DNA of 18,632 bases from Pseudomonadota bacterium (GCA_043767805.1 JAYUGC010000009.1:1-18632); one strand, 5' to 3'. Shown: positions 7,732-16,371, counted from the first letter of the stretch. Numbers and translations: made by a program. The notes: generated from the sequence alone by a model not told the origin.

Positions 7732-9069
7732 TTAGCGAATGTGGAGTTCCGCGTCGAGCTCTTGGATGCGATCCATGATCTGATCGTCGGACAAGCCTTC
7801 CGTGCCGTTCTCAAAGCGCGCGAGCTCCGCCGTCGTGGGAACGCGGTTCATGACGAGACTCGGCTGAAACGATCCGGTCGACTGAGGCGTGTGGCCGGCC
7901 ATGTCGTTCGTCTTCCAGATGGAGTAATCGCGGATTTCGCCGAGCGCGACGAAGCCGTCCTTCATGCCGTCCACGTAGCCGTCGGAATGCCCGATAAGAG
8001 CCTTCCACAAAGCGTGACCGAAAGCGCTGCCCGCGCTGCCGTTCGGGCCATTCGGCTCCTCGGGATCCGTGCCGGGGCCGGTCGACGATTCTTCGGAGGG
8101 CTTGCTCGAAGCCAAGACCATGAGAGTGCGGCCCTGGGCTTGCCAGTCCTGCCAATCGGCCTTCTTCTTATCGAAGGAGCTGACCAAATTGCCCGAGTAG
8201 CAAGCCATCATGAAGACGACCACTTCGCTCGCGGGCATGGAAAGCGCGTTGTCCCGCACTTCGTCGTAGCTCACGCCGAACTGAAGACCGGTGTGAGAGC
8301 CGTGACCGCTCGAGTACTGCACGTACATGTCGTCGCGGGTGATGACCTTCTTCAAGTCTTGCCACTTTTGACGGAGCGCCGAAGCGTTGGAGCCGATGAT
8401 CTTGGTTCCGAGGTAGTTTCCGCCGAGGTCTTTGGTGAAGATGTCGTGCGTGTGATTGATGTCGTACTTCACTTCGTTGCCCATCATGCCGGAGAGGGCA
8501 TCGCCGAAGCCGATGTAGTATTTTTTGCCGACGTAGCCCACGCCCGTAATTGAGCGCGAGTCAGGTCCCACCGGCTGCACGCGGAGCGCGAGCAAGAACT
8601 CTTTCGCCGTGGCGCTCGCCGCGGGAGCGGAGTCCGATTTCGCCCAGCCGTAGTACCGATTTCCCCGGTACTCCATGGTGAAGGCTTTTACGTACACTGC
8701 GGAAGCCGAGCCCGCCGCCTGGTAGCGGTACTCGAGAATGTCCCACTTGAACATGCCATGCGGCTCCCCCTTCATGTCGGAGGTGACGACAGCCTTCGCA
8801 TCGAGCTGCGATTTCAAATCGAAACTGCCCGCGGGTTTCACGCGAAAGTTCAAGGTGTCCGATCCCTTGGTCAGCGCGACGAGCAAAGTCTGATCGCTTC
8901 TCGCGTCTTGCGCAAAGGCCCAGCCAGTGGGAAGCGCGAGACTCAAAGCCTCCATGCCGTAAAGACCCGAACGCGTGGGGCCGCTTTTGCGGCGCCCTTC
9001 CGAAGCGGCGACGGCAGGCAAAGCCAGAAGACACAAGCCCAGACCGATCCAACCGAAGTGACGATTCAT
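7732..9069 (-). CDS. Secreted caspase-fold (clan CD, C13/C14-like) cysteine peptidase with an additional N-terminal domain
   Basis: Signal peptide (LALPAVAA). Catalytic His motif YVQYSSGHG and Cys motif VVVFMMACYSG, then VLASS.P.EES, GSAFGHAL, DGFVALGE..Y and TPQ as in bacterial caspase-like domains. SD AAGGA. Confidence 0.8.
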   Translation of the reverse strand: MNRHFGWIGLGLCLLALPAVAASEGRRKSGPTRSGLYGMEALSLALPTGWAFAQDARSDQTLLVALTKGSDTLNFRVKPAGSFDLKSQLDAKAVVTSDMKGEPHGMFKWDILEYRYQAAGSASAVYVKAFTMEYRGNRYYGWAKSDSAPAASATAKEFLLALRVQPVGPDSRSITGVGYVGKKYYIGFGDALSGMMGNEVKYDINHTHDIFTKDLGGNYLGTKIIGSNASALRQKWQDLKKVITRDDMYVQYSSGHGSHTGLQFGVSYDEVRDNALSMPASEVVVFMMACYSGNLVSSFDKKKADWQDWQAQGRTLMVLASSKPSEESSTGPGTDPEEPNGPNGSAGSAFGHALWKALIGHSDGYVDGMKDGFVALGEIRDYSIWKTNDMAGHTPQSTGSFQPSLVMNRVPTTAELARFENGTEGLSDDQIMDRIQELDAELHIR

Positions 9070-9139
9070 CGGGAAATCCTTTCAATTAAGGGGAACGCGG
9101 GGGAGGTTTGAGTGTAAGCATGACATAAACCTAGCCGTC

Positions 9140-9164
9140 GGCGGGCTCAGTAGTTCGGCCCGCC
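9140..9164. repeat. 7-bp inverted repeat in divergent intergenic region
   Basis: GGCGGGC-N11-GCCCGCC between the protease (-) and transglycosylase (+) starts. Confidence 0.45.
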
Positions 9165-9256
9165 ATAGCAGACGTTAACGAAGCAACTCGTTGACCTGGC
9201 GCGACACCCGTTAGGAGGTCCCGGCGAAGGGAAAGTGCGATACGATACCGCCACTC

Positions 9257-10951
9257 ATGCCCCAAATTTTAACCACCTGGATCCGGCGGACTTGGCCCTT
9301 CGCCTTTGTCTGTGCGTGCGCGGCGTCGCCGCCGCGCGGTCTCGATACTCCCCCTACTCAAGCGGGAGTTCTGCCGGGCCTAGTCGAAGCGTTGAAGCTT
9401 CAGCCGCCCGATGCGGGGCTCCCCGATCCGGTGTCCGCCGAAGACACTCCCCTCTTTCGCCAAGCCGCGCAGGTCGACCGCTTGTTAAAAGGCCTCGCGA
9501 GCCCCGAAGAAACGAAAGCGCTGACGCAAGAGTGCCGCAAGAAGCGGGTAAAAAATCCGTTCTGCCCCATCGTTCGTGACGCCAAACGTCTAAAGTCTTT
9601 TTTCGAAGAGACCGAGCGGCCGTACAAGTTCAGAGAGCCTACGCCGAAAGAGCCTATGGCTCCCCAGATCGTCGACGGCAACGTCGTCAATTACGCGAAG
9701 TTAAAAAAAGCCGACGTCGACAATCTTCTGCCCGGCTTCAAGACGCTTACTCCCGAAGCTCTGACCATCGTCAAAGCGAAAGCGCTTTCCTCGGCGGGCT
9801 GTCCGGACAACGCGGCTATCGCGCTCGCGGCCACTCTGGAAGACGGCATGCCGAGCAAGGTGGATCCCAAGGAAGTCGCCGCGCTCTACGCGAAAGTCGG
9901 TGGCTGCTTTCCGAAACGCTCGGCGAACCGCGAGCACTTTCTCACGCGCGCGGGCCTTCTCTATTATTATTCCGCCGACTACGCGTCGGCGGCCACCGTG
10001 CTCGCCCGCGCCGAAGCTCAAGATGCTCTCGTGGGCCGCCCGCTCTATTGGCTCTACCGTTCTCGCAAAGCGCTCGGCGAGACGGAGAAGGCCGACCAGA
10101 CTTTGAAAAAACTCTTTCGGCAGCATCCGCTCTCGTTCCACGCGCTTATGGCCGCGCTGGAGAGCGGACAAGCGCCCGAAACGGTTTTTCTTCATCCACC
10201 GACTCCCGTGAAAAAGCGATCGAAGCGCGTCCCTTGGGCCAATGCCTGGTTCGAAGACATCGAGACCATGAAGCGGTTCGGCTTCTTCGCCTCCTCCGAG
10301 CGGCTCACGGTGTGGGTCTCGGCGAAAGCCAAACGCCTCGAGCCGGAAGTGCGTCTCTATCTCGCCGAGTTCGGAAGCCCGTTTTTCAAAGTCACCCGGC
10401 TCACGGAAATTTTCATCCGCCGTCGTCCGCTCATGTCGACCGAGTCGTTCAAGCTCGCCTACCCGCTCGCCTACTGGCCGCTCATGGAGAGAAACGGCAT
10501 GGATCTCGATCCGCTGCTGCTGCTCGCCGTGGGCAGAAAAGAGAGCAAGTTCGATCCTAAGGCGGTCTCTCCCGCGAACGCGCAAGGGCTTCTCCAGATT
10601 CACCCCGACACGGGTAAGCGCCTGACGGACGGCGCCGCTCTCGATCTCACGAACCCTTACGTGAATATCACGGTCGGCGCGCACTACATCACCGAGCTTT
10701 TAAAAAGACTCGATGGCCGTTTGCCTTGGGCCCTCGCCGCGTACAACGCGGGCGAAGAGGCTGCTCACTCCTGGATGGTGCGCTTTCCGTCGCCGGATCC
10801 GATTCTCCAAATCGATCTCATCACGTTCCGCGAGACTCGCAACTACGTGGGCTTCGTGCTCTCGAACTACTACTGGTACCGGCGGCTCTACCAGCCGGAG
10901 AAGGGCCAGCCCCTCGATTTTCTGGTTCCGCCGGAAGTCGCGCGTAAATAA
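9257..10951 (+). CDS. Soluble lytic transglycosylase (Slt70-like, helical/TPR N-terminus), possibly a lipoprotein
   Basis: SLT motifs RKESKFDPKAVSPANAQGLLQI (catalytic Glu), ALAAYNAG and ETRNYV. TPR-like helices upstream; a possible lipobox in FVCAC. Confidence 0.92.
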   Translation: MPQILTTWIRRTWPFAFVCACAASPPRGLDTPPTQAGVLPGLVEALKLQPPDAGLPDPVSAEDTPLFRQAAQVDRLLKGLASPEETKALTQECRKKRVKNPFCPIVRDAKRLKSFFEETERPYKFREPTPKEPMAPQIVDGNVVNYAKLKKADVDNLLPGFKTLTPEALTIVKAKALSSAGCPDNAAIALAATLEDGMPSKVDPKEVAALYAKVGGCFPKRSANREHFLTRAGLLYYYSADYASAATVLARAEAQDALVGRPLYWLYRSRKALGETEKADQTLKKLFRQHPLSFHALMAALESGQAPETVFLHPPTPVKKRSKRVPWANAWFEDIETMKRFGFFASSERLTVWVSAKAKRLEPEVRLYLAEFGSPFFKVTRLTEIFIRRRPLMSTESFKLAYPLAYWPLMERNGMDLDPLLLLAVGRKESKFDPKAVSPANAQGLLQIHPDTGKRLTDGAALDLTNPYVNITVGAHYITELLKRLDGRLPWALAAYNAGEEAAHSWMVRFPSPDPILQIDLITFRETRNYVGFVLSNYYWYRRLYQPEKGQPLDFLVPPEVARK

Positions 10952-10990
10952 GAAAGCCTCCCGTGCCACTACCGGCATCGGAAGGCTTTC
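10952..10990. terminator. Probable bidirectional intrinsic terminator between convergent genes
   Basis: GAAAGCCTCCCG-TGCC-actacc-GGCA-TCGGAAGGCTTTC long stem immediately after the slt stop, with T-rich flanks. Confidence 0.7.
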
Positions 10991-11010
10991 CTAATGATTT
11001 CTTTGTTAGG

Positions 11011-11505
11011 TTAAGGTCCGGCCGCGCCGACTCCCTTGCCTCTCAGCATGAGATCGGAGTTCGTTCGGGACGCGTAACCGTCGTAGTAGCTGAAAGACGG
11101 AAACGCATCGAGCATGCCTACGGACCGCGGGTAGAACCGCACGACTACCGTGCAGAACGCCCGCGGTTCCAGCACACCCGTGCAGGAACCGCCCTCACCC
11201 GGGTAACTGCCACCCACGAACAGATAATTCTGAGACAGGTAGAAGCTCGCCGTCATCTCGCTCGCCTTTAACGAGCCAATGTTGGTGATCGTCAATTCTC
11301 GATCGGTGAACCTATCCACGGTCACCGGACCGAAGTCGTATATTGGTCCCCCGGAGACATTAAGCACCGCGGCTGGAGTCACGCCTTGTTGTCTTTGAAG
11401 CTCGCTGCCACACGCCGCAAGAAAGCTCAAATACACAAGCGGGACGCACCGGATGAGTCCACGGGGAACCGAGCCCCAAAGGGCCTCAATCCCCATACCC
11501 CTCAT
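11011..11505 (-). CDS. Lipoprotein with a single Ig-like ASH (ASPM-SPD-2-Hydin / choice-of-anchor D) domain
   Basis: Strong SD AAGGAGG and lipobox FLAAC. YDFGPV...LTITNIG...GGSYPGEGGSCTGVLEP..FCTVVVRFYP...L.GKG is the typical ASH pattern. Confidence 0.8.
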   Translation of the reverse strand: MRGMGIEALWGSVPRGLIRCVPLVYLSFLAACGSELQRQQGVTPAAVLNVSGGPIYDFGPVTVDRFTDRELTITNIGSLKASEMTASFYLSQNYLFVGGSYPGEGGSCTGVLEPRAFCTVVVRFYPRSVGMLDAFPSFSYYDGYASRTNSDLMLRGKGVGAAGP

Positions 11506-11520
11506 AACTCCTCCTTGAAA

Positions 11521-11550
11521 CTATCCGGCAGACCCCCGCCGGCCGGACAG
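11521..11550 (-). promoter_or_regulatory. 5'-UTR hairpin just upstream of the lipoprotein SD
   Basis: On the minus strand CUGUCCGGC...GCCGGAUAG forms a 9-bp stem (one G-U pair) ending 4 nt before AAGGAGG. Confidence 0.4.
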
Positions 11551-11601
11551 TATCCCAGTTCAGGATCGTCTCCCTCGGTGCGGGAATAGCGACGAGGATT
11601 A

Positions 11602-11651
11602 TGTGATTATCCTCAAAATGGACCACGTCCGTGTGATTATCCGCAAAATGG
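11602..11651. repeat. 20-bp direct repeat pair with 30-bp period
   Basis: TGTGATTATCCTCAAAATGG (11602-11621) and TGTGATTATCCGCAAAATGG (11632-11651), one mismatch. Confidence 0.85.
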
Positions 11652-13115
11652 CTTGGGATACCGGCCTAAGTGCGCGTCCCGCCGTTCCGCCGACCGAAAA
11701 CGAGCGCGAGCCGCTTCGCAGTCCCCACGTCTGGCCATAAGTAACCCCAGCTGGTACTCGAGACTCGCGGCGACTTTCGGATCCGAAGCAAAACGATGCC
11801 CTTCGTTCCGCCAAAGCTCCGCGTAGCTTTCGGCGTCTCCCTTTTGAAAACGATAAGCGAACTCGGTGAGCCACACGCGGGGGCTGTCGGGAAGACGTAG
11901 GTGCGCTTGCGCGAGAAAGGCCTCTCCGTCCTCGTGGAACTGAGGGCCCAGATCCAGATAAGTCAGCGCGAGATTGCTCCAATTGAGCCCTACCTCCGCA
12001 TGGTGCTTCACCTCGGCGGAGGCGTGGGCGACCCGAGACTCGAGCTCGCTCAAACGACGCTGGAGAGGAAAAAGGAGAACTAAGGCATGCGCGGCGAGCA
12101 ACCACGGAAACCCCTTTGGGAGAACCGCGACGGAAAGCGCGAGCGCCACCGCCAGACAGGCCGCGGGGAAATAACCGTATCGTTCGGCACCGAGATTGAG
12201 ATTGGGAATGCTTGCATAAAGCACGAGAGAGAAAAGAACGACGGCGAACCACGGCGCCGCGAGCGACTTTCGCCGAGCGGCAACCCACAAGCCCCCGCCT
12301 AACGCGAGGCCCGTAAGCACCATGGTTACCGCCCAGACGAAATTGGGCGCGGCCACCCAACGATCTAAGAGGGAAGTCGTCGTGAGCCCAAGACCCGAAA
12401 AAGTTTTCACCGCCCATTCGGCCCACGCGATGGGCGCCAGAAAGAGCTGCTTTGTACCGAGCACGCTGAAGCCCAAGACTCCGTCATAAGAGAAAGCCGA
12501 GCCGCGATCGGACAGAAGCAGAAAAGCGACCACAATCGCCCAAGGAATCGCGTAAGTGAGCGCGCGCTTACGTCCCGTCGCCGCGAAAACCAAGGCGGGG
12601 GCTAATCCCACGAACACTTCCTTGGAAAGCGCGGCCGCGCCCACCGCGAGAAAAGCCAAGAGCCAACGCGAAGTGGACGCCAGGATTACGGCCAGCAAAG
12701 TAAAACACGTGCCGAGGACGTCCATGCGGAACCAGGCAACGGAAAGTGCCTCGGCGTGCAACGGGAGCCACGCAAACCAAAGCGCGCCGAGTACCGCCGT
12801 GAAAAACGAAACGCGCGCGGAGAGCCACCAAAATAGAAGCGCCGCGGTCAGCGCGTGTAAAGTCAGCGACAACCACCGCTGACCCTCTACCCGTCCGCCC
12901 CCGGCCACTTGCCCCAAGGCAAGAGCGACATTGGAGACGGGCTTGGAGGGTTTCAAGGAAAAAAGAAACGCGTCCGCGCTGCTACCCACCGCGGCGAGCG
13001 CGGGGTTGTGCTCCACGAGCTGAAGATCGTCGAAAAGGTATTGCCCATGACGCAGTGGGAGCCACGGCACCACGGCGAGAAGAGCCACGGTTACAAATCC
13101 ACGAAGGCGCATCAC
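11637..13115 (-). CDS. TMTC-like GT-C membrane glycosyltransferase (protein O-mannosyltransferase-like) with C-terminal TPRs
   Basis: YLFDDLQLVEHNP (DD..NP loop), LHAL, PLHAEALS...R.DVL, LSKE and AERYGYFP. About 10 TM segments; TPR-like tail (WSNLALTY, YQLGLLMARRGD.EAA..RF). Start is GTG 13115 or ATG 13112. Confidence 0.8.
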   Translation of the reverse strand: MMRLRGFVTVALLAVVPWLPLRHGQYLFDDLQLVEHNPALAAVGSSADAFLFSLKPSKPVSNVALALGQVAGGGRVEGQRWLSLTLHALTAALLFWWLSARVSFFTAVLGALWFAWLPLHAEALSVAWFRMDVLGTCFTLLAVILASTSRWLLAFLAVGAAALSKEVFVGLAPALVFAATGRKRALTYAIPWAIVVAFLLLSDRGSAFSYDGVLGFSVLGTKQLFLAPIAWAEWAVKTFSGLGLTTTSLLDRWVAAPNFVWAVTMVLTGLALGGGLWVAARRKSLAAPWFAVVLFSLVLYASIPNLNLGAERYGYFPAACLAVALALSVAVLPKGFPWLLAAHALVLLFPLQRRLSELESRVAHASAEVKHHAEVGLNWSNLALTYLDLGPQFHEDGEAFLAQAHLRLPDSPRVWLTEFAYRFQKGDAESYAELWRNEGHRFASDPKVAASLEYQLGLLMARRGDCEAARARFRSAERRDAHLGRYPKPFCG

Positions 13116-13166
13116 TCTGGAACTCTATCGGTTGTGCGCAGCCCGGGGCAATGTAGAATCGTCTCC
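13116..13166. promoter_or_regulatory. Overlapping divergent sigma70 promoters, both probably leaderless
   Basis: Plus strand: TTGTGC(13132-37)-N16-TAGAAT(13154-59)-7 nt-ATG 13167. Minus strand: TTGCCC(13151-46)-N18-TAGAGT(13127-22)-6 nt-GTG 13115. Confidence 0.55.
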
Positions 13167-14723
13167 ATGCCACGGCGCTTTGCTCAATGGGCTCTTCTCG
13201 GTTTGGCGGTCGGAGCGTGTTTTCTCGCCTGGTCTCTCTCCGTCGATTATTTCGACTCCTACGACATTCTTTCCAATGCCCGCCGTCTGGTGGGCAACGG
13301 CTACGGCGAGTACGTGCGCGGCCGCGGCCTTTTGAGCGGCCCGCTCTTCGCGGGCTTCGCGATCGTCGAACGTTGGTTTCCGAGCTTTCCGTTTTTTCGC
13401 GCGGCTCATCTGTGGTCGCTCACTCTGACTCTCACTCTGGTGCTCGCCTTTCTTACGATCGCGCGCCGGATAAGCCCGCGTCACGCGTGGGCGGGAGCGC
13501 TCGCTCTCGCCTTGAACCCGCTCGTCGTTCACTACGGCGTCTTTGCCAAAGAAGACATTCCCGCGACGCTTTTCACGGTGCTTGGCTTTGCGGAAATCCT
13601 GCGCCGAGGCGTCGGCTCGGCGCCCCTGTGGTTCGCGCTCGCGGGGCTCATACGAGCCAATCTTTTTCCCGCCATCGGCGTCACCGTCTTTCTTTTTCGC
13701 TGGGGACAGAAAGAGAGAAAAGGCGCCGTTCGTCTCTACGGCGGCTGGGTTCTTGCCACTCTCAGCATCGCCACGATCGTATACGCGTGGGCGGGACTCG
13801 GATCGGTCACCACGTTCGTAAGCGATCTGCTGACTCAATGGAAAGACAACCAGCAAGCGTATCAACCGCCCTCGGTCGCGCTCGGGCTCATCGGGGTCGC
13901 CCTGCCCGTCGTGGTGATCGCCGCTGGAGCGGTCGGCGCGCTGAGAGGCGCCGACGCGCCGACAAAGCTCGCGACTCTTTGGGCCGCGGTTTTCATTGGC
14001 CTGCAAACCTTTATCGTGTCCGGCAAGGAGACTCGCTATTTTCTTCCCGCGCTGCCGGCGCTCTACTTGCTGGCGGTCGCGGGTTTCGAGCGCTTGCCCA
14101 AGGTAATCGCCCTCGCCTGGTGGCTGGTGCTACCCGCCGGCCTTTTGGAAATGGCGCGCTTTCAAGATCCGATCTTTCGCGAGCCGAAAGCGGAACGGGT
14201 CTCGAAAGCGGCGGCGTCTCTTTCCCGCACGGGACGGGTCGTTTGGGTGGGCCCGTTTTATCCGCTTCGCCCCGCGCAACACGTGCTCCACGAAGACGAT
14301 GATTATTTTTCTCTCTTTCACCTTTGGAGAAACGGCGTCGCGTTTCATCTCAAGCACGAAGTGCCCGCCATCGCGTTTCCACAGAGCGAGCTTTTCAACG
14401 GCGAGACCATGCCGCGCGGGTTGGGTCAGTATCTCGAAACGGGAGACGCCATTCTTTGGAATCGCGAGCCGCGCTCCTACGCCACGCGCGACTTGCCCCC
14501 CACGCTCGCGCCACTCGTCATCGCCAGAGTCGAGATCTTCGAACGTAAGGACCGCCTACCTTCTCCCGGTCCTTACGAGGCCTACTCCGCCACCGCCGAA
14601 GGCTTTCGCTCCTTGGGCTGGCACAACGAAAGCGAACCCCCAGGCTCGCCATGGTGGCTCCAGCTACAGGGTGTAAGTGAACAGCCACTCAACAAAACCG
14701 AGTACAATCCGTATACACTCTAA
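13167..14723 (+). CDS. GT-C superfamily (ArnT/PMT_2-like) membrane glycosyltransferase with C-terminal soluble domain
   Basis: TM1 followed by the acidic loop YFDSYD; then LALNP, KEDIP and KETRYFLPALP; about 10 TM segments. ATG 13167 is chosen because TTG 12909 overlaps the divergent gene. Confidence 0.75.
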   Translation: MPRRFAQWALLGLAVGACFLAWSLSVDYFDSYDILSNARRLVGNGYGEYVRGRGLLSGPLFAGFAIVERWFPSFPFFRAAHLWSLTLTLTLVLAFLTIARRISPRHAWAGALALALNPLVVHYGVFAKEDIPATLFTVLGFAEILRRGVGSAPLWFALAGLIRANLFPAIGVTVFLFRWGQKERKGAVRLYGGWVLATLSIATIVYAWAGLGSVTTFVSDLLTQWKDNQQAYQPPSVALGLIGVALPVVVIAAGAVGALRGADAPTKLATLWAAVFIGLQTFIVSGKETRYFLPALPALYLLAVAGFERLPKVIALAWWLVLPAGLLEMARFQDPIFREPKAERVSKAAASLSRTGRVVWVGPFYPLRPAQHVLHEDDDYFSLFHLWRNGVAFHLKHEVPAIAFPQSELFNGETMPRGLGQYLETGDAILWNREPRSYATRDLPPTLAPLVIARVEIFERKDRLPSPGPYEAYSATAEGFRSLGWHNESEPPGSPWWLQLQGVSEQPLNKTEYNPYTL

Positions 14724-14813
14724 CCCGTCGTAACTAGGCCAATTCCCGGATCGCATTTTTTTGACTCCCTAGACTCTATACGATCTGGCCTTGGGCGCCG
14801 TGGCTGAATTCCA

Positions 14814-14830
14814 TTGGTATACGCCTTGCA
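14814..14830 (+). promoter_or_regulatory. sigma54 (-24/-12) promoter
   Basis: TTGGTATACGCCTTGCA matches TGGYAY-N5-TTGCA with GG-N10-GC spacing. It lies in a 230-bp intergenic region upstream of the lipoprotein. Confidence 0.7.
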
Positions 14831-14882
14831 TTAAGGACAGGGCAGACACCGCATAATCATCCGCACCTTAGTTACCGCACCA

Positions 14883-14906
14883 GATACCGAACTCAAAATC
14901 GGTATC
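14883..14906 (+). repeat. Perfect 8-bp inverted repeat in the predicted 5'-UTR
   Basis: GATACCGA-actcaaaa-TCGGTATC. Confidence 0.6.
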
Positions 14907-14953
14907 CCTGACCTCAGCCAACATTTTTGAAAAGCTTCTCTGGAGAGACAAAC

Positions 14954-16309
14954 ATGAGCACGAACTCCTTGATGGCGAAATGGCTGAAAAACGCGAGTCT
15001 AGCGGGACTGGTTTTTCTGGTCGTCGGTTGCGGAGGCACTCTCTCCAAAACGGTCACCGCCGGCGGGAACGGCAACTTGACCCCGACGCCGACTCCCGGA
15101 GCGGTCGCGGATCCCATGCTTCCCAAGTCCATCATCGGTAACGTAACGGCCTTCAGGCCGACCACCCGGGCGGCGGCGGCCTCTCTCGATACCCTGAGAG
15201 ATCCCGCGACGGCCTTCGGCGCCAACGCGCTGATGGGATATCCCGGACTAGGCGATGTGCTTTCTTCCGGCCTTTACATGAACCCCAGCCAGCAAGGACT
15301 CGCTCTCGACACTCAGTTCATGCTCGGCTCTTACACGATTCAAGACGGCGTGCTCATGCCGGCGCCTTACTCTCCCTTTCTCGCGCACTTGGGCCGGTCC
15401 AACGAGCATGTGTACCTCGGCGGAGAGCTCGACGTGAGCATCCCCGGCTCTTACGCTGAATTTTTCCTCCGCCACCACGATCCGAATCGCACGCGCCATT
15501 GCCTGGCGGCTTGCCGTCTCTCCAACGAGAACGGACAAATCATCGGCCGGCTACAGACCGACAACGACGGAACGACCACCACGCTCGGCACCGTGTACCT
15601 GACCTCGCCCCGCGCGGCGGTCGAGTGCGTTGCCTACAAGGACACTTTGGCCATGTACATCAACGGCCGCTTGGCCGCGGCCGCGAAGGATCCGGAGCCG
15701 GTCAATCGCCAAGCGCTCTTCGGCATCTCGGCGAACAACGGCCGCTTCCGGTCCATCTCGGCGGCGAACCTCGAGACGCTCCGGAACTCGAACCAAATCA
15801 CTTTCTACGACAACGATTTCACGTACCCCTCGGGCTCGGTCCTCCCGATTCAGTTCGAAGTCACCGGCGGCGGAGCCCTCATCGGTAACGGCGAAGTCGT
15901 CCCCTACGGCGGCGCCACCCCGACGGCCCTCATCCGCAACGTCGACGTCGCCGACGTCGACCTTTCGATAGACTATAAGCTTAGCTACAACAGCCCTCGC
16001 GCGGCGCTCATCGCCCGCTCGAACAGCACGGGCCACTACCGGGCGGAAGTGAACTTCGGGGCGACCGGCTACACTGTCTCGATTTTCCGCAGCAACCAGA
16101 CCGCGGCCATCTCGGGCCCCTACACGATTCCGGCGAAGTCGGCTGGCACCTTACGCTTCACCCTACACCGCGAAGAGCTCCGCGCTTACGTCGACAATCA
16201 GCTCTACGCAGCGGCGACTGACTCCACCGCGGGCTTCGGCAAAGGCCGGGTCGGCATGCTCATCAAAGACGTCACCGTCGACAACTTCCTTTGGAAGTCG
16301 TTCTACTAA
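14954..16309 (+). CDS. Lipoprotein with two tandem concanavalin-A/DUF1080-like beta-sandwich domains
   Basis: SD GGAGAG, lipobox VVGC and a TPTPTP linker. Internal repeat: LAMYINGRLAAAAKD...FGIS vs LRAYVDNQLYAAATD...GRVGM...VDNF. Confidence 0.75.
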   Translation: MSTNSLMAKWLKNASLAGLVFLVVGCGGTLSKTVTAGGNGNLTPTPTPGAVADPMLPKSIIGNVTAFRPTTRAAAASLDTLRDPATAFGANALMGYPGLGDVLSSGLYMNPSQQGLALDTQFMLGSYTIQDGVLMPAPYSPFLAHLGRSNEHVYLGGELDVSIPGSYAEFFLRHHDPNRTRHCLAACRLSNENGQIIGRLQTDNDGTTTTLGTVYLTSPRAAVECVAYKDTLAMYINGRLAAAAKDPEPVNRQALFGISANNGRFRSISAANLETLRNSNQITFYDNDFTYPSGSVLPIQFEVTGGGALIGNGEVVPYGGATPTALIRNVDVADVDLSIDYKLSYNSPRAALIARSNSTGHYRAEVNFGATGYTVSIFRSNQTAAISGPYTIPAKSAGTLRFTLHREELRAYVDNQLYAAATDSTAGFGKGRVGMLIKDVTVDNFLWKSFY

Positions 16310-16317
16310 ATTTTATC

Positions 16318-16336
16318 CGTTTCGCGCCGCGAAACG
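16318..16336 (+). terminator. Hairpin after the lipoprotein stop, probable terminator
   Basis: CGTTTCGC-gcc-GCGAAACG flanked by AAATTT...AAATTT and followed by TTTATT. Confidence 0.55.
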
Positions 16337-16345
16337 CGACTAAAT

Positions 16346-16371
16346 TTATTCTGAAGGAAGCGAAGGATCTC
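16346..16371 (+). repeat. Degenerate single arm of a REP/MITE-like palindromic element
   Basis: TTATTCTGAAGGAAGCGAAGGATCTC resembles the widespread intergenic GTCAT(T/C)CTGAGCGAAGCGAAGGATCTC repeat arm (recalled from memory). No complementary arm is present. Confidence 0.4.

Noticed and set aside
7741..8553. Long antisense or alternative-frame ORFs (e.g. 7741-8553, 9701-10684, 13187-14302, 13125-14006, 2332-3006)
   Set aside because: They overlap well-supported genes, are Arg/Ala-rich and lack motifs, which is typical of shadow ORFs in high-GC DNA.
9181..9198. sigma54-like spacing on the minus strand (AGGTCAACGAGTTGCT) upstream of the protease
   Set aside because: GG-N10-GC spacing is present but the -24 element is a poor match.
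11602..11651. Mini CRISPR array
   Set aside because: Only two 20-bp repeats with a 10-bp spacer, and no cas genes.
12909..13166. N-terminal extension of the GT-C ORF from TTG 12909
   Set aside because: It overlaps the divergent TMTC-like gene; ATG 13167 directly precedes TM1 and follows a good -10 element.
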